From Antedon mediterranea (taxonomy: Eukaryota > Animalia > Echinodermata), in the NCBI RefSeq assembly GCF_964355755.1, contig NC_092678.1, forward strand, positions 24,631,365-24,695,364: 64,000 nucleotides of DNA, given 5' to 3'. Numbering within the stretch: the stretch's first letter is position 1; each line of letters opens with the position of its first letter. The notes below the pieces were generated by a model, which worked only from the letters and a program-made list of their open reading frames with translations, was not told the DNA's origin and did not search any database. Both the position numbers and the translations under genes were made by a program. This document shows positions 53,701-62,850 of the stretch, piece after piece.

Positions 53701-56700
53701 TAAACTACTATAGCTGCTTCCTATTATTGGCAAGCTAGTACATAGTCCAATTGATATACCGGTAAGAAGTTTTTACAGTACTTATAAACTTTCTTCTGCA
53801 AAAATAGACAGAGGAAAGCAATCAAATATTTGTAGGCAGTGGGAATAGTACCCTTTTCCCATTGCCTAACAAGATTAAAAAGTTACACACACTGGGTGTA
53901 ACACTAGCGTTTTATATTAAGTGTGCCCCAGTGTATGTAAACTGACTCCAGGCAATGTGAAACGGCTATAAGAATGCAGGAGCAGGTCCAATAAATTTCT
54001 CTAAATTTCTAATTTAAAAATGTTTTTACCAAGTGTTGCACAATCAGATGAAGAACGACAAATATCAAGCCTGAAAAAATAAAAAGATTAAAAATCAAAT
54101 AGAAAATAAATTAATAAAGAATATGAAACAGTTTATTAAAAATTAATGATATTTAAAACATAGTAATTATATTAAATATTCAGCTTACTGATAATAAATT
54201 AATTACATATTATAAGTTAACATTTTTATATTCACTAAAATTAAATTAAATGAAATAAAATAATTTAGTAATAATATATAAGCATAATATTTTTAAAGCA
54301 TCATAATATAAACAATTAAATATTTGTTTACACTATTTGAATACAATAAAATAGTTAGTTTTAATTACACATAACTTGAGTTATTAGTAAAATATTTTGA
54401 AAATTGGTGTCTTTTATTGAACAAAGTTAAATATCAATCTAAGTTCATTAACTTAAATTTAGATTATGTGATAACTTAACATCATTAATAAGAATATTTG
54501 TTATTCTGATTGGTAGCTAAGTATGAATTTAACATCATTAATAAAGGTAAAAATCACAATTTAAAGGGCAATTAATTGGCCATTAGATTCCCAAAGCCAG
54601 AATCATACATCATTAGCATCCATTTTTGGTTGGTATTGTAACAAAATATATTTTTAAAACTACAAAACATTTATAATTATTAAATATAAACAAATTATTA
54701 TCTCTATACAATTAGTACTGCAATCATTTATTAACATTAGTTGTTAAAGTTTATGTTCAATTTTAAAGAAGCAAATTATTAAATATTATTTAAAAATTTG
54801 TTAAAATACATCACATAAATTACATTCTAAACAGTAATTATTAGATTTTATATGATTATTGATTAAATATAAAACTTATATAACAAAGTGTCTCTTTTCT
54901 CTCCTATAATAATAGGAAGATTTTGCTTTTCGACGACCAACCTACGTTATATGGTAGGTGTCTGAGAACGCCAAATTAAACCATAAATTGATTGATTGAT
55001 CCGCCTCACACATTTATTTATGATATACAATATATTTTTTTCAATAACTTTTTTAAGCTTTCTCTCTGTAATGTTGACGTGTACATTATTTAAATACTAA
55101 ACACCCATCTTTACCCTTTCAGCCAGTATTTTTACACCTTACAATTTTGTAACTCCCTGGTGGAATCACTAACTTATATAGAACTCTCTGGTGCCATATC
55201 GGTGTAATAAATTGCATTTAATCTGTCAGCTGGAAGTTGACAGCTGGGGAAGGGGGGGGGGGGGGATGGGCAAGCTATTGATCAAATAAAGATTCTTAAT
55301 CTTTTAAAGTAAACCATTAAAATTATCTTAACTTGCCTTAAAGGAATTTCTTAAGAGTTCTTTAAAAGCAATCAAAACTACTACTGACTAGTGACTACAA
55401 TCCTGAAGCTTGATAATGCAAGGAAAAGTGATCAGTATTTTTATGGGTTAAATTCTGGATGGTGGCCAGGTTTGATAGCCTGCCTACTGCTGTTATTCAT
55501 TCATAATATAATTTGCTAATAGCAGACATAGGAAGGCAAACTAGTTACCTGCAGTTTAACATTAAATTGTAGTCTAAAGCTCTGTCTACACTATCAAACT
55601 TAATGTAACAAAAAAGTGTGATGATGTGCCCAAATATGGTGATGATATGCCCAGATATGGTAGTATGTGCATATATGGGAACATCACAGTTTTTTGTGAC
55701 ATAAAGTTTGATAGTGTAGACAGAGCTCCGGCTATACTATATTAATTATGACATTTTATCTAAATGTAGTCTAAGCTACATTATGACATTGGCAGTATTC
55801 TCATTTGACATTACGTACACCAAACATACATTATATACTACCGCAATTTTTCTTACATTTTTCTCACAACTGAAATCCGGGATAACTCTGAAGTTAACAG
55901 AGAAACAGAATGCAATTAATGTTCAGTATAAACAACATTTAAAAACTTAAGTCTTGTGTAAAACTGCACATGTCCTCTAAACCCCACACATCGTATCCAG
56001 GGAGTTGCTAACTGCTGGTCTGTACTTAGTATAAACTCAACTTTCATTTCAATTTTAATAGAATCTGACACTAAGATGGTCATCAAGAACCCTTAAGCAA
56101 TCGGCCAAATGTGACCTTTGACCTAGTATTATGGGATAATATTGCACCTTAGCAAAGAGGTTGACCTATGTGACTGATGTGTGTTGTGATATGATTGAAT
56201 GAAAAAGATCATCTTATGTGCAGTAGCCTGGGGGTTTGATGAAGCAGTGAGAGGTATCGTAGGTTCCTCGTGGGACTTAGTAGATTCAAACCATTATTTG
56301 GAACATATTACTTGAAATGTAAGCCTATTGATGCATGCTACCACATTATTCTAAGTAAAGACCATATCAAAAATGCTATCTGATATTAAATGAAGACATT
56401 ATAATGAAGAGAAAAACAAAAATTGAAAATCCTCCTAACCTCAAAATGAACTATTATTTGAAATGTAAGCCTATTGATGCCACATTATTCTAAGTAAAGA
56501 CCACATTAAAAATTCTATCCAATATGCAATAAATCAATCTTCCTTGTTATGTATATGTTTTGAAATTAAATTAACAAAAAAAATCATTCTTCAATTTTTT
56601 TTTAAGACCACATCAAAGTAAGGACTCCTGCGTGTAACCACAAAAATGAATAATGTCCTAACAAAGAATTCAGGCCGCATCTAAACGGTTAATTTTTTTT

Positions 56701-59700
56701 AAAGACAAATTTCAGGCTGGAATGAAACATGAATACAAAACAATTTGAACATTGTAGACAACATTTTTCTTTAAATTATAAAATGCGAAACATAAAAACT
56801 AAGAACATTTTACAGAACTGTCAAATGTTGGTTTGCTGTTAAAACAATAATGCTCAATAGTGACCCACTTAAATGTAGAATGAATATAAAATGGTGTGAT
56901 GGCAGCAGATGTCATATTGCCTTTTATGATTTATCCCCAGAGAGAAGTTAACTATTCCTCTAAAACAGGACTAGTAGTAGGTCAATCTGGAGAAAATAGA
57001 AATGAGAGAGAGAGTAAAAAGGGTAAGGAGAATGCAGTAATGGAAAAATAGAAATATTTAAAAGAAGGGATAATGTGTGTGAATGGGTGTTTAAATTTTA
57101 TGACCGATGAGGATTTATTCTAAACCTATGAATCTAGAGCAAATCCGAATGGGAGAGAGAGTAAAAAGCATAAGGAGAATACAGTTTGGAAATATTGAAA
57201 AGAATGGACAATGTGAAGAGGTGCTTAAATGCTATGATCAGCTATCAGGATTTATTCTAAACCTATTGAAAATGTTTCTAGGTCTAAATACATACCATAT
57301 ATTCAGAATTTAATTAAATCTAATGAAATACATGACATAAGAGTTTGTAATATTCTGTAATGATAGTGACATGATTGCCAATATCATGTGCTAATATGAA
57401 CTTTTTTAAATGCAAGTATTCACTAATATTGCTATGATGTAAAACACACTGAATGAAATATGACATTCAGTGATTAGGTTGTCTTAGATACTATAGCTGC
57501 GTATATTAACATATACAGTGTTATGACATCCCAGGTAAGCTGTCAGAGGTTATCAAAAGGTCACCAGTAGGAGTGGGATATACTTTTTAAAAAAAATGAA
57601 TTGATGATGAATGTAACCTTACTGAAGGAGTTATTTATGTGACTTATTGTAGATCCTCATAAAGTAAGTTATATAAGCGTTTGTATATAAGGATATAACA
57701 AAGCATCTTAAACTTAAATTACATACTACACATGCAAAGTACATAATATTATAGTTTGTATTATAAAACACAGCATAATAAATACACAAATATTGATTAT
57801 TGACATTGTAACAATTTTTACTGAAGCATTATTTTATTAGATCAAACGCAAATTATTTAAAACTTATAGTTAAATTATCAAATACAATAAAAGCATAAAA
57901 AATGACATTTAATACACGTACCTGCTTCGGTTAAAACATAAAGCATTTCTAGGTTAAATCCAGAAAGCAGGGAGGGTGGTACACTGGCTTCATGCGTAGG
58001 AAAATTCACGCATTTTCTCTACGAATTCTCCTACAATAATTTAAATAGAGATTGCCTACCTGCTAGCGAAGACTGACCTTGTCAAGAGAACCGCAGTGTC
58101 ATGGTTCGAGTCCACCTTAAGTTCTCGATTTTGCCATTCACAAAATTTGTTTAAGGTTGCCGGCGCATTTGATGAAACTGCTGGACCAAGCTGAGACAGA
58201 TAAAAAGGAGATAACATAAATGTCAGAGTCATGTAAAATGGTATGATATGATAATTATTAGTAAACAATTAATATATGTAAATATCTTTCATGTTTTGAA
58301 TAAATCTCAATACACAGTTTATTTTCTTGTTAGCCTTCCCGTTCACTGAAACTTGTGTTTCCCACCCAACAAAAGTGATCATTATTATTGATATATAACA
58401 TACAATATAGACACAGGTCTGTAATTCTGCCATACATTCATTTTGAAGGTTAGCCTGGGTATAGGTCAAATCATTAACAAATTTCCTGAGATGATATAAC
58501 TGCAAATGAGCCTAGTAATTAGTTTGTCTCCAATATTTCTTGGCAGTGGAACATTCCAGTAATCATTTGTCAATTAATTATAAAAAGAAATTTAAAATTA
58601 TTAATTCAAATCTTTTGTCTAACATAGAAGTGTACAAAGGTTATTTACTTTTAAAAGGAGAAGGCGAGCTTCTTTTCATCTTTTTTTAATCTCTCCCCGT
58701 TCGAACTTTTAGTGCAAAATCGATTATCTATATGTTTAGTATGTTAGTATACAAATAATGAATGTTTATTAGTGCAATGGTACAAATAATGGCACGAGGT
58801 GAATGATGAAAGGTTATATCAACGAGGCAAAAACATTCATTATTTGTTTTATATAACATCTAGACGTTTTTTTTTCGTACACAAAAATGTTTCAAAAAGT
58901 ACTATTTAACGATCGTTGAATAGTGCGTACTATTGCACGCCATGTGACCCACATTCGTCCAATCAAATGACAGGAATTTATATAGGTGTTATATAATGTG
59001 TTTTGTACAATGCACCACTTAAAAATAAGAAAGGGCGTCATTTAGGCCTACTATGCAAATAAACCACCCACATTTTAACCCTTCATTGAATTTGATTTAT
59101 CCCTTCTACAACAATGTGATCTGCAAGTTTTGTAAAATTTTGTTTTACGTATTTACAATGATCAAACCCCAGTCTCCCTCTTTTAAACATCTGAACTAAA
59201 TGTAAACTTAAATTTACCTTTATACCAATCCTACATCTAACCTTTTGACCCACCAACAACGAGATTAATGAATTATACTCCTATTAACAATATGTGACTA
59301 TCATTCCAAAATATATCTTAAATTATTGTAAATTACTGTTTGTATCTGTCTAACAGGAATCCAGTGTGTTAGTTTCCGATATCCAAATCCTTTGGATTTA
59401 GGAGCAATAAAATAGCTTCCTAAATAATTGCATTTTAACATTTTTTAGTTAATACTTGGCTTGATGTCACCTGTGAGTTTTAGTGACAAATTCTGTTCTA
59501 GCGGACGTTTCAAGTTTTAAAAAGTTTGACAAACGTGGTGTGTCAAAGGCATTCTGAGGGTGTTAACACTTTAAAAACATGGTGCGTCAAATGCATGAAG
59601 AGAGTGTTAACATTTTGAAGTTAAAAAAACAATGGCACTTACTCTCTCGTTTAGTAAAACTGTTAACTTTACAACCACCACATTTATATTGTTTCCGATT

Positions 59701-62658
59701 GTAGGATGACGAAAAACACGATTCACCTGTAAAACAAAAAGAAATCAATAAAGATTTTATTTTTTAAAAGTTGCAATTGATGGTTTATATGTGACATCAT
59801 AAAACTGCCAGGTACTGGGTTCATCAAATTATGCCAAAGTTGACTTGTGTAATCAGTAATTGCCAGTCATGCATATTGATCAAAAAGTTATAACAAAATG
59901 ATTACAAATTTGAATGACAAAAAATAGGATGTTAGTGGAAAACGGAGATAAACAATCTGTTTCATCGTAGGAAACCTTCACTCAGAAAACAAAAATGATT
60001 ATGTATCTCTCATCAGCACCGCAGGCAGCTACTTTTATACTTTTATCTATTAATAGCATAAATACAAGGCACGAGACTATGAACAAGATAAGATATAATT
60101 ATATTATGATAACGACATGTTTAATGTAACTTATCCTTAAATTATGCCAATTATAAGTTTAAGTAAAACTTTAAAAAAAAATAGAAAAAGTGAGTGAATT
60201 TTTATTTTAAGAGCTGCATGATCAACCAAGTGGAGCAAGTTGAGATGGGGTTACAAACTTATTTTGATGATCAAACTTGTAGATACTAATAATGATGTTA
60301 TCTAGTATCTGAAAAAGTCTCTAAGTCTCCTGGGATAAAAGGTACTAGGAAAGCAATCGTTAAACCAAACCCACTCCATTCAGTTTTGTTATGATGTTAA
60401 ATCGAACCAGTATTATATTTGTGTTTTTTTTAATTTATATAATTATATACTTAAATAAGGTGTATTGTGATTATCATTTTAAAAGAACTTTATAGATTAG
60501 AGATGATGAGATTAGGTTAATTCCAATATCTGATAGATTAGACAGATAACCTGGTAATAACCTGTAAAAGCAATGAACTATGATACTTAAATTGTTGTTG
60601 TAGACACTGGTTCAATTCCAACATACAACAACAACGAAAAAGCCAATCAAACCTATTCTCAACCCTTCCCACTCTTACCCAATGACTCTACAGTAGTACC
60701 AACAGTTTTATTATAGCTCCATTTCTGACATTTATCATTTATCATTTATAAGAACTATTGTTATATAATGATTATAAAGTGTTTATTGTAATAATGTAGT
60801 AATTAATTGTTGTTGTAGACTCTGATTCAAATACAACACTATACAACAACAACAAAATAGCAATCAAACCCTTCTCCCTCTCCTCCTTACTTTATGACTC
60901 TAGTACAGAAAGTTTTATCATAGATATATTTCTGACATTTATCAAAGAATTATTGTTATCATGACTATAAACTGTTTATTGTAATAATGCAGTAATTAAT
61001 GTGATAAACCTATAAGAAATGGTACCGTTCTAAATTTATGTTTATCTGCATGGTTAGCCAAGTCCAGCGCTACACACATTATAATCCCTATGGATCCAGA
61101 GATCCGAGACTGTTGAAGATGTTTTTGGAAAAATTAAAAACAAAATTACGATTTAATACTTACAACAGCCATAAGGGTTAGGATGTAAAGCTGTAAGTTG
61201 TCGCCATGGTAATGATACATTTTTGTGTCTGCCACAACATTTACTTCTAAAAAACGTTCATAGGATATTGACCTTCTGTTTCTGATGTGGTTGTCTTCCT
61301 CTGTTTTGTTAACATCTTCACTTTTTCCTGCTCTGAAACACATGATACAATTTTAATAAGTTAATGAAAGGCTCACACTCGTGATTGTCAGCAATAATCT
61401 CAGTAAGGGCTGCTATATCCTACAAGTCGTCATTAATTAAGATGGTCATTTTTGTAAGCTATTAAGTAAATCCTTCCTCAATAAAGGATGACTGAAGGAC
61501 TGGACAACACTAGACAAGATATGAAGGAAGCAATTGCATTTCCTCTATTAACTTTTCAAAAGGTAAACTTAAATGGGACTTCAATCCAATAAACTGCTCA
61601 TAAAACCATTTATATATGTAAAATATCTAGGAAACAATTTTCAACAATTCACGCCTCTTATTACCAGGTGAACACCCATTCCTGACATCCCTGTGAAAGT
61701 TCAAAGTTAAATGAACCCCATTTTCCTTCCTTGTATGAATGTATATGTATGAATTTGAGGGTGAAAAGAAGAGTATGAAAATCAAATTTTATTTCCAATA
61801 TGCAAATTTCTTTACACAAATCAAATGTTTGCCCAAGTTTTGCCCTCAAGTTCTGTCTGGTTGCACATTTGTGTCACGAAACAATGAAATATTAGTCATG
61901 AATATGTATTAACATAAACAAAAACTTGCAATAGATGACATACGCACAAAAGCTTGTGATAGATGACATACGCACAAAAGCTTGTGATAGATTTGAACTA
62001 AAACTAACTGAAATAAAAGACCAGTGGAAAGCAGGCTTAACATTGATATAGAAATGTAGTTTGTAAACTAGTTGTCCAACTGATTAGCCTAGTAAAAGAA
62101 CAAGTTATGGCCAAGTATATGATAGCTTGGTCAAGGTATTTAACTGTTTGTTGTTGAGATAATTCATTCAACAAATCCTTAGGATTAGTGCAAGCCATTT
62201 TAAGCCTTGTTTTCATCCTTTAATCCGATTTTAATCTTGATAAAATTCTTCTACCACATAAAGCTACTGACAACCATTAGTTCATTTTGATTTCAATCTA
62301 TCGATGTTTTGACAATTTAATATTCTTAAAAATTAATTTAGGAACCATAACATAAGTTTTATGTTGAATTTGTTACAAATCTGTTTCAATTTTTATTTTC
62401 ATTTGAAATTGGTAACATATTAATTTAATGTCTTCTAAAGCTCTATCTACACTTTCAAACTTTTTGTGACAACATTTCTGATGTGCCCATATATACATGT
62501 TGATATTACTACAATATTTGGGCACATCACAAACTCAACTTACTTTTTTGCTAAAGTTTTCTGAAGTTTGTTAATCTGACTTGCAAATCCGCCAAGGCCA
62601 TCAACTAATTTTAAATCTTCGCTCTCAGAAGTTGAATCTAAATTTTCATCATCGTGAT
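26703..62658 (-). CDS. ADAMTS9: ADAMTS9/ADAMTS20/GON-1-like secreted metalloprotease, 5'-partial, 34 coding exons in window (~1670 aa visible)
   Basis: Hand-spliced exons with GT-AG boundaries and consistent phases give one open frame. It contains furin site RNRR|SIS, reprolysin motif HELGHVFNLPHD with Met-turn (NMMAP), a disintegrin-like domain, 15 TSRs in total, Cys-rich and spacer regions, and a C-terminal GON domain (…GDCYS…CPQGQFSMN…[10 protein letters not shown]). The GON domain is diagnostic of the ADAMTS9/20/gon-1 clade. In an invertebrate this is a co-ortholog of ADAMTS9 and ADAMTS20. Confidence 0.95.
26865..27030. mobile_element. Degenerate MITE-like palindrome in last ADAMTS intron
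   Basis: Inner inverted repeat cagcttatacgcatgtg / cacatgcgtataagctg with weaker outer arms. Confidence 0.5.
27111..27301 (-). CDS. ADAMTS9: ADAMTS9-like exon, GON domain part 3
   Basis: [63 protein letters not shown]. Confidence 0.93.
27620..27756 (-). CDS. ADAMTS9: ADAMTS9-like exon, GON domain part 2
   Basis: [46 protein letters not shown]. Confidence 0.93.
27838..27985. repeat. 12-bp intronic minisatellite (TTATCAAGAATG)
   Basis: Directly visible; explains ORFs 27797 and 27800. Confidence 0.8.
27991..28174 (-). CDS. ADAMTS9: ADAMTS9-like exon, GON domain part 1
   Basis: [60 protein letters not shown] (not in the ORF track; read by hand). Confidence 0.9.
28269..28410 (-). CDS. ADAMTS9: ADAMTS9-like exon, TSR15
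   Basis: [47 protein letters not shown]. Confidence 0.92.
28632..28820 (-). CDS. ADAMTS9: ADAMTS9-like exon, TSR14
   Basis: [63 protein letters not shown]. Confidence 0.92.
29274..29459 (-). CDS. ADAMTS9: ADAMTS9-like exon, TSR13
   Basis: [62 protein letters not shown]. Confidence 0.9.
30225..30392 (-). CDS. ADAMTS9: ADAMTS9-like exon, TSR12
   Basis: [56 protein letters not shown]. Confidence 0.9.
30825..32798. repeat. 47-bp intronic satellite, ~42 highly homogeneous copies
   Basis: GCAGACTGACATTTGTACCAGCTAGGATATTAAGCGGTTTAAATGCT. Confidence 0.95.
33033..33197 (-). CDS. ADAMTS9: ADAMTS9-like exon, TSR11
   Basis: [55 protein letters not shown]. Confidence 0.92.
33283..33712 (+). mobile_element. 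Dispersed element with internal 41-62-bp tandem repeats and hammerhead-like head (Penelope pLTR-like), copy 1
   Basis: gTGATGAagggttagtgttgcctGAAAgctct, then repeats of tgtatctccattgagatccagccactgatacccacagcattgtcat. Confidence 0.65.
35836..36022. repeat. ~61-bp perfect tandem repeat, 3 copies
   Basis: cttacagacctcttaggctaacagagtcataccctgtaagctaactgatcaattaatttag. Confidence 0.9.
36766..37175 (-). mobile_element. Same element, copy 2, inverted
   Basis: Reverse complement of copy 1, including the head. Confidence 0.7.
37694..37864 (-). CDS. ADAMTS9: ADAMTS9-like exon, TSR10
   Basis: [57 protein letters not shown]. Confidence 0.92.
38310..38453 (-). CDS. ADAMTS9: ADAMTS9-like exon, TSR9
   Basis: [48 protein letters not shown]; acceptor is a weaker AAG. 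Confidence 0.88.
38619..38810 (-). CDS. ADAMTS9: ADAMTS9-like exon, TSR8
   Basis: [64 protein letters not shown]. Confidence 0.92.
39059..39226 (-). CDS. ADAMTS9: ADAMTS9-like exon, TSR7
   Basis: [56 protein letters not shown]. Confidence 0.92.
39324..39539 (-). CDS. ADAMTS9: ADAMTS9-like exon, TSR6 + linker
   Basis: [72 protein letters not shown]. Confidence 0.92.
39829..39993 (-). CDS. ADAMTS9: ADAMTS9-like exon, TSR5
   Basis: [55 protein letters not shown]. Confidence 0.92.
40008..40340 (+). mobile_element. Same element, copy 3, head truncated
   Basis: actttattgttttgatttagc followed by six repeat units; a further fragment lies at ~34163-34245. Confidence 0.7.
40423..40584 (-). CDS. ADAMTS9: ADAMTS9-like exon, TSR4
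   Basis: [54 protein letters not shown]; phase 0/0. Confidence 0.92.
41364..41563. mobile_element. MITE, Harbinger-like family B
   Basis: Imperfect TIRs agcatggttgccactagaatgcaac / gttgcattggtagtgggaaccaagt, flanked by TAA/TTA. Confidence 0.6.
41619..41832 (-). CDS. ADAMTS9: ADAMTS9-like exon, TSR3
   Basis: [71 protein letters not shown]. Confidence 0.92.
42023..42150. mobile_element. MITE, PIF/Harbinger-like family A
   Basis: agctctctctacactatcaaact … agtttgatagtgtagacaaggct, in TAA/TTA flanks. Confidence 0.8.
42202..42325 (-). CDS. ADAMTS9: ADAMTS9-like exon, TSR2
   Basis: [41 protein letters not shown]. Confidence 0.88.
43111..43234 (-). CDS. ADAMTS9: ADAMTS9-like exon, spacer end / TSR2 start
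   Basis: [41 protein letters not shown]. Confidence 0.9.
43403..43569 (-). CDS. ADAMTS9: ADAMTS9-like exon, spacer
   Basis: [56 protein letters not shown]. Confidence 0.9.
43928..44035 (-). CDS. ADAMTS9: ADAMTS9-like exon, spacer
   Basis: [36 protein letters not shown]. Confidence 0.9.
44266..44383 (-). CDS. ADAMTS9: ADAMTS9-like exon, Cys-rich end / spacer start
   Basis: [39 protein letters not shown]. Confidence 0.92.
44706..44842 (-). CDS. ADAMTS9: ADAMTS9-like exon, Cys-rich domain
   Basis: [45 protein letters not shown]. Confidence 0.92.
44888..45016. mobile_element. MITE family A, one TIR missing
   Basis: Interior gtgatgtgc…atcactaccatatttgg and right TIR tgatagtgtagacagagct. Confidence 0.75.
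45088..45205 (-). CDS. ADAMTS9: ADAMTS9-like exon, Cys-rich domain
   Basis: [39 protein letters not shown]. Confidence 0.92.
45470..45679 (-). CDS. ADAMTS9: ADAMTS9-like exon, central TSR1
   Basis: WCDQGRCV…[54 protein letters not shown]. Confidence 0.94.
45724..45860. mobile_element. MITE family A
   Basis: taa|agctctgtctacgctatcaaact … agtttgaaagtgaagacagagct|taa; TAA-type target duplication. Confidence 0.8.
45916..46017 (-). CDS. ADAMTS9: ADAMTS9-like exon, disintegrin-like domain
   Basis: [34 protein letters not shown]. Confidence 0.92.
46290..46428 (-). CDS. ADAMTS9: ADAMTS9-like exon, catalytic end / disintegrin-like start
   Basis: [46 protein letters not shown]. Confidence 0.92.
46945..47035. 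repeat. 22-bp tandem repeat, 4 copies
   Basis: attgatcactaaatgggcatag. Confidence 0.9.
49136..49294 (-). CDS. ADAMTS9: ADAMTS9-like exon, third zinc ligand and Met-turn
   Basis: [52 protein letters not shown]. Confidence 0.93.
51878..52275. repeat. 30-bp minisatellite, ~13 copies
   Basis: atagatccctagtagagatggattaatgga. Confidence 0.92.
53135..53447 (-). repeat. 46-47-bp tandem array derived from the HELGH exon end plus splice donor
   Basis: Unit tacttacacatgtcccaattcgtgagctatggtaaatgctgaactaa; real copy at 53401-53447 plus 5 full and 1 partial decayed copies. Confidence 0.9.
53408..53513 (-). CDS. ADAMTS9: ADAMTS9-like exon carrying zinc-binding HELGH
   Basis: [36 protein letters not shown]; aacag / gtaagt. 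Confidence 0.95.
54030..54070 (-). CDS. ADAMTS9: ADAMTS9-like 41-nt exon, catalytic domain
   Basis: [14 protein letters not shown]; ttttcag / gtaaaa; phases 2 and 1 match the neighbouring exons. Confidence 0.88.
55578..55727. mobile_element. MITE family A
   Basis: agctctgtctacactatcaaact … agtttgatagtgtagacagagct, near-perfect 23-bp TIRs. Confidence 0.85.
58078..58190 (-). CDS. ADAMTS9: ADAMTS9-like exon, catalytic domain
   Basis: [38 protein letters not shown]; tctcag / gtcagt. Confidence 0.92.
58748..58997. mobile_element. Palindromic non-autonomous DNA element, copy 2 (right hairpin arm deleted)
   Basis: Near-identical to 305-618 except that ~65 bp are missing after GAGGCAAA. Confidence 0.8.
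59643..59726 (-). CDS. ADAMTS9: ADAMTS9-like exon, catalytic domain
   Basis: [28 protein letters not shown]; ttacag / gtaagt. Confidence 0.92.
60590..61000. repeat. Diverged ~210-bp tandem duplication
   Basis: aattgttgttgtagac…tgtttattgtaataatg occurs twice. Confidence 0.75.
61164..61332 (-). CDS. ADAMTS9: ADAMTS9-like exon, furin site and start of catalytic domain
   Basis: [56 protein letters not shown]; tttcag / gtaagt. Confidence 0.92.
62439..62531. mobile_element. MITE family A, truncated
   Basis: Left TIR agctctatctacactttcaaact plus interior; ends ~10 bp from an exon donor. Confidence 0.7.
62544..62658 (-). CDS. ADAMTS9: ADAMTS9-like exon, prodomain end ([37 protein letters not shown])
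   Basis: ttttttag acceptor, gtaagt donor, open frame; phase 2 end fits the next exon. Poorly conserved region, so support is structural only. Confidence 0.7.
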
Positions 62659-62689
62659 CTAAAAAAACAAATTAAAAAAATGTATGCAT

Positions 62690-62850
62690 AAATAATAATG
62701 GTAGTCTTATATAGCGCTTATCCAAAATAAATTTTCTCTAAAGCGCTATGACCACAAGGCTCGAAACAAGGTAGAAATTACGTCATTTCATATGCTAGGC
62801 AAAAGAGATGGGTTTTCAGTAATTGTTTAAAGATGTCAATATAATTGGCA
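62690..62850 (-). mobile_element. L2-clade LINE 3' end fragment
   Basis: Minus strand encodes DIFKQLLKTHLF (L2/CR1 ORF2 C-terminal motif FKxxLKTHLF), followed by agcgctttag…agcgctatataag…(ATT)n tail. Confidence 0.65.
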
